Source: Octopus vulgaris
Taxonomy: Eukaryota
Length of the DNA: 64,000 bases
Direction: 5' to 3'
Assembly: GCA_951406725.2 (NCBI GenBank)
Contig: OX597826.1
Span: forward strand, 51,026,001 to 51,090,000
Shown in pieces: positions 53,463 to 64,000 of this stretch. How positions within the stretch are numbered: position 1 is the stretch's first letter; the number at the start of each line of letters is the position of its first letter. A program made the position numbers and the translations under genes. The notes beneath the pieces were generated by a model that saw only the letters and a list, made by a program, of their open reading frames with translations, was not told the origin of the DNA and did no database searches.

Positions 53463-55133
53463 ATCTGATATATTATCTATTCAAGGCCAGAGTATTGCAA
53501 TGTATAATTTAAAGGAAAATCTTGAAATAGTTGATAGATGGAATGGAAATATTTTGCTGTCCTAAAGCAGAGGTATGTAGAAACATAAAAACAACAAAAC
53601 AAAACAAAAGCAAAACACTACAAAAATACAAAATACGAATAAAACATAATGCACGTAAAAAAACAATGTCTGGTATGTAGCACCACCAAATCTCAACACC
53701 CAAATGGTTTTTCTTTTTTTTTTTTTTTACACATAACTTTATTTTTGATTAATATATAACTTTATAGTGTTAGCTGTCCTGGAGACAATGTTATTTTCCA
53801 TTCTCATTTCATGCTATATCATATTGATGATGCAATAAGTATAATCCCAGATAACTGGTTTTAGGTTTGAATAGCAGTCATCCCATTTCAGTCCTATCCC
53901 TTTACACTCTTCTCCTTAAGAAAATGACCTTACATTTCCTTCCTCTAAATCTGATGTCTTGCAATCATAAATCTGTGTTTATTATATTCCATTTTCCCCA
54001 GTTCTTTGCATTCTGAGTTCAAATCCCACCAAGTTAATAAAAGAAAAACCAGTTGAGCACTGGGGTTGGTGTAATTGATTAAATGCCCTTTCCCCTTAAA
54101 ATTTTTGGCTTTATGCTAAAATTTGAACCTGATATATTCTATTCTGAGTACCTGTAGCAGAAGGTCCCTCTCAGCAGCATAATAACCCCCTGATCAAAGC
54201 AGTGCACTAGGTCACTTTTATTGATTGATAGCAAGTTACAGCATACACAGAATAACTCTGGGTCCATAAACACATAAGGTCCTTAGGCAATTTTCCAGCG
54301 TACCCATGCTTTTAGTTAGCACAGTATATAGTTAAGAAGCTTGCTACTCAGCCATAAGTGTTCATTATCAGCCCCACTTCATGGCACCATGGCACCTTGA
54401 GCAAGTGTCTTTTACTATAACCATTGAGCTGACCAAATTTTTGTGAGTTGATTTGTTAGGTAGAAACTATTGTGTGTGTATGTTAGTGTTTCCTGGTCTT
54501 GATTTCACATGATAGTTGTAGAAAATTGTCACTATCAGACAAGTCATGTCCCTCGTTTCTAATCTTCTGGGAAAACATGTCTAGTCATAGGGAAACAAAT
54601 GAGGGCTGGTGACATGGGACAGTGAACAATGATGATAACTTTGCAAGAGTTGAGTCGTCCGTTCTATCAAGACTTCTGGTTGAGTCCATTCATGTCATTG
54701 TGAAAGGCCTTGATGTTATAGCATCTTCATTTTTTTTTTCATTTATAGACATAAGATCTTGTAACTACTACTACTACTATTAAAAAAAAAAATCCTTATT
54801 TGCTATTTAACTTCAGTTTTTCTCTTCATTAGTTGCATTTGAATGGACTTTAAAACATGAGAGCATCTGGCTGTAGAAACCAAGCCAAATGTCATGTATG
54901 ACAACCAGTCTGTAGGAGAAGCAACTTCCTTATAAGAAATGATTCAAACCATAATAACCAATCTAATCCATGCCAGTGTGGATGGCAAATGTAAAGGGAT
55001 GGTGACAGTTTACATCATTTAACATCTGGCATTAATAGCTGTTCTTGATTGTCTTTAATGCGAAAGTTACTGATACACAAACTTATACATTATTTACATT
55101 TGACCGATATTTGTCCTCATCTTGTTTGTTGCT

Positions 55134-55176
55134 AACACGTTTCAGCTGATATACCCTCCAGCCTTCATCAGATGTC
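55134..55176 (-). ncRNA. minimal hammerhead ribozyme, left-arm copy (small deletion near the cleavage site)
   Basis: Minus strand reads GACAT-CTGATGA-A-GGCTG-gagggtatat-CAGCT-GAAA-CGTGTT. Confidence 0.6.
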
Positions 55177-55462
55177 TTGGGGAAATTTCGAACCTGGGTT
55201 CTCATTCATAAGGTATTTTTCGATGTTGTTGTTGTTGTTATTATTCAGGTCACTGCCTGGAATTGAACTTGGAATCTTGGGGTTAGTAGTCTGTACTCTT
55301 AACTACTATGCCATATGCCTGTCTGCATAGTGGTTAAGAGCACGGGCTACTAACCCCAAGATTCCGAGTTCGATTCCAGGGAGTGACCTGAATAATAATA
55401 ATAATAATAATAACATTGAAAAATACCTTATGAATGAGAACCCAGGTTTTAAATTTCTCCAA

Positions 55463-55508
55463 GACACCTGATGAAAGCTGGAGGGTATATCAGCCGAAAC
55501 GTTGTGTT
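55463..55508 (+). ncRNA. minimal type I hammerhead ribozyme, right-arm copy
   Basis: Stem I GACAC/GTGTT; CTGATGA at 55468-55474; stem II (A)GCTG/CAGC(C); GAAA at 55496-55499; palindromic AACGTT. Confidence 0.78.
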
Positions 55509-56656
55509 AACAACAAACAAGATGAGGACAAATATCCGTCAAATGTAAATAATGTACATAATTCCTCATCTCTTAAATATAGAACTGTACACAAACTTAA
55601 TACACAAACTATACACAAATTAAGTTTACTGTTAGATTTTGAAATATCTCTGAATTAACTCCTACACCCGCTGGGTGAGGTTTATACCAGTCTATCGGTT
55701 AATTATGGTAAACTTCAGAATTGGAAGGATAGGGTAAGGGTCTGTTTGGCAACAAGTAACTCAAAGAAAATGAGATATTTCTGAAAATAAATCCAATATA
55801 AATACGATTGATGGACAAGAAAGGAAAAAATATCCATATTGTGGGGGCAAGTTTTTATTTAATTAATTTGATTGATAACATTGACTACCATGATATGACC
55901 AGGGGCACAAGACACAAATTAATTATTATTGTGTGACTGGAGTTGGGATTCTTCAATCACCCTCAACTTCTTTCATCATTATAAACTATTCATTGAATTA
56001 TTGTAGTCTATTCATTAACTTATCATAACCTATCTATTTGCCTTATATCTTATTTTATTAGATTATTATAGCCTATTTATTAACCTCTTATAGCCTATTC
56101 ATGAACCTATTGTGACCTATTTATTAGCCCTGTAATAGCCTACTCATTGGTTTATCATAGTCTATTCATTAGTTTATTATATCCTATTTATTAGGTCATA
56201 GAAGCCCCTATTTATTTGCCTATTATAACCTACTTTTTAACCTATGTTGCTTATTCTTGCCTAATTATTGGGCCTTGTTTGTTTGTTTTTTTCATAAATA
56301 TTTTCAGGCATAGATTATAATTAATAAATGTGTAGCCTACTGTTTGCTTAAATAATAGATTATAATTAATAAATGTGTAGCCTACTGTTTGCTTAAATAA
56401 TCAGTTAATTATTGTCCCAATTAGAACAAATTTGATTGACTGAAACCTTGACCTCATTTTTCCATCTGGTTGAAAAGAGTTAGCAGATTGTTTCCTTGCT
56501 TTTAACAGGATTGCTTTAATTAAACACTTCTCTAATTTCTCTTGCAATTTTGAAATGTTCATTCATTCACACTGTGCTAATAATAATAATAATAATAATA
56601 ATATAGAATTCATTTAACATTTTCCTTTTCCCTATGTGAATATTCGCATAATCATA

Positions 56657-57003
56657 CTTTGAAAATATCTCTTTGCAGAGGAAAGCTTGTTTTGAAAAAT
56701 GTTTAGTTTTGAAATAGGTTAATGATTGATGAGTCTTTAGTCACTTTGAAAATATCTCTTTGCAGAGGAAAGCTTGTTTTGAAAAATGTTTAGTTTTAAA
56801 ATAGGTTAATGATTGATGAGTCTTTAGTCACTTTGAAAATATCTCTTTGCAGAGGAAAGATTGTTTTGAAAAATGTTTAGTTTTAAAATAGGTTAATGAT
56901 TGATGAGTCTTTAGTCACTTTGAAAATATCTCTTTGCAGAGGAAAGATTGTTTTGAAAAATGTTTAGTTTTAAAATAGGTTAATGATTGATGAGTCTTTA
57001 GTC
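56657..57003. repeat. 87-bp tandem repeat, 4 copies
   Basis: Units start at 56657, 56744, 56831 and 56918 and are near-identical. Confidence 0.95.
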
Positions 57004-57289
57004 GGAATATTGGTTTGTTGGCATGACTCAGCCTTTTTTAAAACTAAATGTTATCTTCATCATCTTTTTAAGTTCACCTTTTGGCATGCATACTTTGATT
57101 AGTTTCAAGGTGTATTTATTTATTTTTTAGATCTTTCTTTTGTCAATATTAATGGTGTGTTTTTAATTTGTCATCTGATTCTTATTTGACCATCTCTTTC
57201 ATGGATAAACTTGGAAAATACAATAGTTTTAATTCATTCAAATTCTTCTATATGTTTTTCTATTAAGCATCTACCACAATACAGTCTTC

Positions 57290-57620
57290 TTCTGCTACAA
57301 ATACGGAGTGTCCCCTGCTTTTCCTCATTAGTACAGTATAACTCTTCAAATGTAAAAAAAAAAAACCTATAGCATCTTACTTTTGCAGTCAGTGTTACAT
57401 CCCTGGCATATACTGTTAATGATTCATTAGCTCTCTTCCAGTACCTCCTTGGTTTCACCATTCTAAGTACCACTGGATATAATTGCAATGTAATCTCAAT
57501 TCTGTTTTCTTTATTTGACATTTGAGAGAAAAAAGGGTAGTTCTTAGAGCCTGTGAGGTCTTCCTGGAATGGAAGGTGGGGTATTTCAGTAGTGAGGCTG
57601 CTGTTATTGTTGTACAGAAA
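57290..57620 (-). pseudogene. possible heavily decayed non-LTR reverse transcriptase fragment
   Basis: DL...KNYP...S...NRIEITL and KQG(D)T resemble the RT motifs KNYRPISLLS...NRI..TL and GV.QGD. Confidence 0.35.
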
Positions 57621-57900
57621 AATGAAATCACCTGTTAGTTTGGTAACAGATAAAAATCTCTGGAGAGAGAGAGAGAGAGACAGACGTAGTCCAAATGTAG
57701 GAACTAGAAAGCTGCTTGTTTGCAAGATGTTTTAAAGCAGAGTCAACTGGTATTTAATTTTATCAATGCTTTTCAGGGTTGATAGAATAAAATACCAGTT
57801 GAGCACTGGAGTTAATGTGATCAACCAACCCCTACCCCAAAATTGCCGACCTTGTGCCAAAATTGGAAAGAATTATCATTATTATTACTAATCTGAGAAA

Positions 57901-58115
57901 AGCGGTGAGCTGACAGAATCATCAGCATGCCGGGCAAAATGCTTTGTGACATTTTGTCTGTCTTTACATCCTGAGTTCAAATTCTGTCAAGGTCAGATTT
58001 GCCTTTCATCCTTTTGGGGTCGATAAAATAAGTACCAATTGTGCACTGGGGTTGATGTAATTGATAACCCCCTTGCCCTAAACTTGCTGGGGTTTGTGTC
58101 AGAATTTGAAACTGT
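57901..58115 (+). mobile_element. family B SINE
   Basis: GCGGTGAGCTGACAGAATC...GAGTTCAAATTC...GCCTTTCATCC. Confidence 0.8.
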
Positions 58116-60900
58116 TATTATCTATTTGAGAATCATTAACTTATTCTTCTAATTAATCTCTTTTTAATTCTGCAATCTGCTATATCAAGTAGACTGTATC
58201 AGATAACACACTCAGTTGTCCTACTATTTACATATACCAAACGGATGACATCAAATTATAGCTTAAAGTTTCTAAATGAAGACTCTCTCGAGATTATAGG
58301 CCTAGCTATTCTAACTTAAGTTTTTTATCACCAAGTTTTTGTAATTTTTGATGAAGAAATTTGGTTCGGGCTTTAGGAATCTATATGGTGTCTCCAGATT
58401 TTAGTGTTGAAGGTGATCAATTAGTTTGCCTGGTGCGCATCATCTGGCCTTGATAAACACACACACACACCACACAAATTTTTTGTATTGGGTGTATTGA
58501 TGTTTAATTGTATAAATTTTGGGGGTTAAATCTGATTGTATTATATTAAGCCATGGGTCAGATTTCAAATTTTGCTGAGGTCAGCTTTGCTTTTTATCCT
58601 TTCAGGGTCAATAAAGTAAACACCAGTCAAGACATTAGGGAGTCAGCATAGTCAACTGGCCCCTTTTCCCCAAAAAATTTCAGACCTTGAGCTTTTAGTA
58701 GAAAGAATTATTAAGTCATAGTAAATGATAAATTACTGGATAAAATAGTTGCAGTATTTACTGATGTCTCTCTATGTTCTGAGTTCAAATTCCATTGAGG
58801 CTGAATTACATTTACATACAACTTAAGTAAATGTTTTCTAAATAATCTTGCTATAAGGTGATGCACAAGCACTCAGCTCTGGATGCACTGCATCTTATAG
58901 CAGAAACGACTGTTGATTATATAATTCCTCTTCCTTCGTTATTTATTCAATTTCATATTATGCTCTGTTCTCAACTAACGCTTTCTTTTGAAGTATATGT
59001 ATATTGAGTTCTATATACATATACTTCAAAATTGCTATGCCTAAGTGAAATCTTTATATAGCCTCTTTCTTCTGGCCATTTCATTATGTTGGACCATTAA
59101 TCTCTATGCATTTTCTTCTTTCTCCGTATTTTTTCATTCTCTCTCTGTTTTTTCTTGTCAATCCTTTCTGTCAAAGAGAATAGGCTTGAAGCGTCAAGGA
59201 CTTTTCCATTCTTCCTGAGCATTAAACTAATACACCTACTTGTTGTTCCTTCACTTGTCTTTGTCTTTTGTTTTGAGGGGATCAATAGGTGGTATTCATC
59301 AACTTTTAGACATTATATTATGTCAATTTATTTATTTATTTACTAAGATGATAATTACAATATACATACATGTATAACATATTATGCTTTACATATATAA
59401 TATATAAAATATATAAAGATACCAGTAATTATTAAGATATATAACATACAGGAATAGATATAATGAGTGTGTATGTGTATAGTTGGGTGCATATTAGTTT
59501 TGATATGTCTGTGATGATTGTAAACAAAGCCACACTGCTTATATAAACAGTGTTGTTTGTTTGCAGTTTTCTGTGAAAACCTGTCTAGACTGTACATTGT
59601 TCAGTAGACTGGGGGTTTATTATATTGCTTGGAAACAGGTGAGATTTGGTACCAAGAAGAGCATCTGATTGCAGAAAATTCTGCTTCAATGAAATATAAA
59701 CTAACCCATGCAAGCATGGAAAAGTAGATGTTAAAATGATTATGGTAGTAATGATGACGATGAGAAATTCTCTTTACTTTTGTCTTCTGAATTCACAAAT
59801 ATCTATTCTAAACTGACTTCCTGTTTAAAGGTGTTTTACCAAATTACCTACATTCCATATCATTAGTTTCAACATTCCATCTATTTCATCATCTCTTTTC
59901 ACTATATTTGACATCTGGAATGTCTCCAAGTTTCTAAAGAATTACTTAGAATGCCTAGTTGGTAACATTTCTTGGAAAATGCTTAATCAGCCAACCAGCC
60001 ACCTAACCAACCAGTCAGCCAGCCATATACTACCTTGGTAGCCTCCTCCATTACTTTCCCCGCTCCATGAATTAACAGTGTTTGAACTTGCTGTTAAGTA
60101 AACTCACCATATGTTATTGGAAGTAGGTAATTTTGTTTATTTCAGGAAAAGATTGTTTTTCCTCTTAAAATGTAGTCTACAGTAGGTTTCAAAGGTATCT
60201 GGGTAGCCTCAAAGGTATCTGGGCAGCCAATGAAAAGAACGGTAGCAATATATAGTTCTTTGGGGGTGTGTGTTAATTAACCATTCTGGAACCAGACATT
60301 CCTACAACTTGTTATCTTGGAATGAGGTTCACCATTAGTTCACTGGTTTGGGTATTTGCTTAGAGTTTTACAAGATGTTGATTGAGAAGAGCTAAAAATA
60401 AATCTGTTGAAGATCTAAATGTGTCTTTGAATGGGTGTTATCACAGAGAATCTCTTATTTCAGCACAAACACCCCTGCTTTGTAACCTTCACCTCTATTT
60501 CCGTTTTTTTGATATCCTTGCCTTTATATCTTTCTATGACTTTTCTTTCCTCTTTTTATTTTTTGCTTTTTCTTATATAAGTCTGAGAATATAGTGTGAA
60601 GAACTCTCTTTTGGGTTCCAACAACATTGATATTAGAGATAACCTTTCTGTTCCTTATTTTCGATGTAATGAAATGGCTAAAAGAGACATTCACTTTCAT
60701 GACCTGAATGATATATTTTGAGAACAGTTTGTTACTTTCTTCAAAATAGTTTTCTAAAAATACTCTGGGGGTTAACTAAATCTAGAAACATTTTGGTTTT
60801 GTTTCTCATTGAATTTTGTTTTATATTTTTTGATTACATTGATAATTCAAATGTTTTGAAGAATATTTTTACATATTTCTTCCATTGTTATTTCTTACAG

Positions 60901-61117
60901 GTGTTATGCAAGTTCAAATAATTGAAGATAACGATACTCATGTGACCTTAGTAGGTATTCCACCCAAATCCCTGACTCAGAAGCACTCGCCTGTTCATCA
61001 TCGTTCTTCGACTTTACCGTGCTCGCCTGTAGTACCATCTGATCCCGAGACAGAATCCAAACAAAGCCTCATCCGACAGCAACAACAAAAACAGTCAGAA
61101 AGAAATGGTTCTTTCAG
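60901..61117 (+). CDS. IP6K: inositol hexakisphosphate kinase, second coding exon
   Basis: Acceptor TTTCTTACAG ends at 60900; the phase-1 join gives YR-G-VMQVQIIEDNDTHVTLVGIP, matching IP6K G.V.V...D.DG...L.AYP, followed by a low-complexity linker; donor GTAAGT at 61118. Confidence 0.88.
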
Positions 61118-61680
61118 GTAAGTGTCCATTGATTTCATTTTTATAGTGAAACAGTTAAAGATTTATTGATCTATGCTACTGTTATCAAGTTTAAAATTTG
61201 ACCTTTCTCTAGAATTGTTTCCCCTACCACTGCCCTGTTACTACAAGGGAAAAAACTCATGCAGTAACATGATGCACCTACAGTGTGCTAAAGGCTAATT
61301 AGCTCATATATATTTTATTTGAGGGGTGACTCATGACTTTACATGGCTGTAGTGTTTTATAATATCACAGTCATCCATGAAAACATGCTTAACCATAGGG
61401 AAGTATTACCTTGCTTGGAAACAAGTAGGGATTGGTGACAAGAAAGACATCTGGCTGTAATAAATCTGCCTCAACAAATTCCATCAGACCCATGCAAACA
61501 TAAAAAAACAGATGTTAAAACAATTGTTTGAAGCTTAGAAAATTATTTAAAAATTCAAAAAATTTATCCTGGTGCATTTTAATTTTGTGTTTGTCATAGA
61601 TTTACTGGAAAGATGTGGTGAGGGGTAGCTTAATGAGAATATTGCTACTTTTGATAGTGTATCTCTCTTTTTCTCTCTTT

Positions 61681-61886
61681 TACTTGTTTCAGTCACTTGA
61701 CTGCAGCCATGCTGGAGCACCGCCTTTAATCGAGCAACTCGACCCCGGGACTTATTCTTTTGTAAGCCCAGTACTTATTCTATCGGTCTCTTTTGCCGAA
61801 CTGCTAAGTAACGGGGACATAAACATACCAGCATCGGTTGTCAAGAAATGCTAGGGGGGACAAACACAGATACACAAACACACACA

Positions 61887-61938
<52 letters not shown>

Positions 61939-62110
61939 CATATATACGACGGGCTTCTTTGAGTTTCCGTCTACCAAATCCACTCACAAGGCCTTGGTCG
62001 GCCCGAGGCTATAGTAGAAGACGCTTGCCCAAGGTGCTACGCAGTGGGACTGAACCCGGAACCATGTGGTTGGTAAACAAGCTACTTACCACACAGCCAC
62101 TCCTTCGCTT
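61681..62110 (-). mobile_element. family C SINE, full length, with an internal microsatellite
   Basis: tRNA-like head on the minus strand (GGAGTGGCTGTGTGGTAAG...GGTTCAGTCCC); nearly identical to 63277-63663. Confidence 0.9.
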
Positions 62111-63276
62111 GTATCATTAATTAAACAATATATAGTTTATTCACAGCATAGCTTTAATAAGAAGAACTGAAATAAATGTAAATATGAATATCAGAAGATA
62201 TTAGCTTTGAGGGGAATAAGAACACAAGCATATTCAGCTTTACTTTGATGTGTCAACAAAAAATGGCTGTGAAACTTCTGATAATCCATCTCACAGCTCA
62301 TTGTAGTCTAAACATAAAATATACCAGAAATCCTTTTGTTACCATGTTCCTATTGAAATACTGTGCTCTTTGTTTCAAGGAATTATGGAAATGATGAAGT
62401 GTACAGTAAAATAGCTTTGTCATTATAAACTGGAGTTTGGAACATGAATTAAAATAGCATTTTGTGTAAGGTTTTAATTTAGGTCACTTTCAAACAAGAA
62501 GTTTGTATTATAAAACCTGGAGTGGCCTCAGGCAAATTTATTTCATAAAGATTAACCCCTGTAACTCAGAATGAAGTTGTTATAGTAAATGTCAGCTATA
62601 GTGAGAATAACTGTATCTTTTCTTTGTCAGCCAAATTCTTGCAAAATTGTAATAAAGTGGGTTTTATAAATAGCCAGCATATTCAGGGTGTATAGTTGGC
62701 TGAGTTAGTAGGGTACTTGACTACCAGTTAAAGGGCTGATAGTCCATAGCTGGTAGTCTAGCTTGTTTCAGTTTCTACCTGCCAAATACACTCACAAGGC
62801 TTTTGTTAGCCTGGGGCTATAGTAGAAGATGCTTGTCTAAGGTGTTGCACAGTGGAGCTGAACCCTAAACTATATAGTTGAGAAGTGAACAACTTGACCA
62901 TACAGCTATGCTGGTACCTTATCTACACAGTAATATCTGCATTAAAAGCAAAGTCTCTTTTAGCTGCAGCTCAAAGAGAGATGTCCTTAGCCTAGCTGAT
63001 ATTTACTCCAGCTCTCCTCTCTCGAGCACCTATAATCTTCAGTGTTATTCCTCCACCAAACCAATTATTTCTTACAAGCCTCATCCTCAATACACCACAG
63101 CTATTATCCCACACATTCACTGTTTCTTCTCCAGCTCTTCTACTGTTCATACAACAGTTTCTGTTCCTTCCATGAGCTAATCTACTATTAACCACTCCTA
63201 TCCAGGCACGCTTGACATCCCTTGTTTTCTTCTCATCTTCTCTATTGTGTCTCATTCCTGAAATCCTGTACTCTGT

Positions 63277-63663
63277 TACTTGTTTCAGTCATTTGACTGT
63301 GGCCATGCTGGAGCACCGCCTTTAGTCGAGCAAATCGTCCCCAGGACCTATTCTTTGTAAGCCCAGTACTTAGTCTATTGGTCTCTTTTGCCGAACCGCT
63401 AAGTTACGGGGACGTAAACACACCAGCATCGGTTGTCAAGCGATGTTGGGGGGACAAACACAGACATACAAACATATACACACACACACACACATATCCG
63501 ATGGGCTTCTTTCAGTTTCCGTCTACCAAATCCACTCACAAGGCTTTGGTCAGCCCGAGGCTATAGTAGAAGACACTTGCCCAAGGTGCCACGCAGTGGG
63601 ACTGAACCCGGAACCATGTGGTTGTTAAGCAAGCTACTTATCACACAGCCACTCCTACGCCTA
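63277..63663 (-). mobile_element. family C SINE, full length
   Basis: Same structure as 61681-62110; CpGs largely retained, suggesting a young copy. Confidence 0.9.
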
Positions 63664-64000
63664 TAAAGTTATACTAAATATTTTCTGGGGCCTTTCTCCT
63701 ATCCCTGAAATTCTCTGCCTATTTGTATTTTCCTATGGGTGCCACTACCCATACAAGATGAATCTAGTCTTTTAAATACATCCAGTATCTTAAAATAAGC
63801 TTTTTATTCCTCCACCTTGTCGTCATCACCACTATCATCACCACCACCACCACCACCACCTCCACCACCTCTATACTCCTACCACTACTATAAAAAGATA
63901 GAGTACAAAAATAAAACAAAATAAAACATTGCTACCTTAATTTTTTTGGTACTAGGCTAATTCATTGTACTTTATAATATAAACTCACCAAAGTACAAGG

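Larger units (their letters stand above)
55086..55587. mobile_element. self-inverted retroposon with a tRNA-like head and a hammerhead ribozyme in each arm
   Basis: 12-bp TSD TACACAAACTTA (55074-55085, 55588-55599); arms 55086-55320 (-) and 55325-55557 (+); B-box GAGTTCGATTCC; (AAT)n linker; CTGATGA...GAAA core. Confidence 0.85.

Noticed and set aside
55325-55388. tRNA gene (apparent ACT anticodon); likewise the heads at 21460, 33300 and 50876
   Set aside because: No convincing acceptor stem and each runs directly into a repeat body; these are SINE-type tRNA-derived heads
56657-57003. 87-bp array as a tandem retrozyme (TGATGAG...GAAA in each unit)
   Set aside because: C3 is missing (TTGATGA) and I see no convincing stem II adjacent to GAAA or a stem I
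57234-57725. 163-aa minus-strand ORF as a nested host gene
   Set aside because: Starts across a (CT)n run and shows only faint RT-like motifs; better explained as retroelement debris

Overview
AT-rich, microsatellite-dense animal genomic DNA. The repeat families and overall texture point to a cephalopod, most likely Octopus; this is an inference. The only host gene I can support is an inositol hexakisphosphate kinase (IP6K) on the + strand, with two coding exons (49845-50043 and 60901-61117) joined in frame across a 10.9-kb intron; the gene continues past the window. The rest is mostly transposon debris: several tRNA-derived SINE families, a piggyBac remnant with TTAA MITEs, a full-length but dead Tigger/pogo element carrying three nested insertions, Helitron, hAT-like and Merlin-like non-autonomous elements, and Dong/R4 and RTE fragments. 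The most interesting signal is a recurring class of short, often self-inverted elements, mostly lodged in (TA)n tracts, that carry minimal type I hammerhead ribozyme motifs of the kind known from Penelope-like elements. One has a canonical core on a ~55-bp G-U-containing stem (15776-15914). Another fuses a tRNA-like Pol III head to a hammerhead and sits as a TSD-bounded palindrome inside the IP6K intron (55086-55587). All calls were made by eye; no database search or folding was run.
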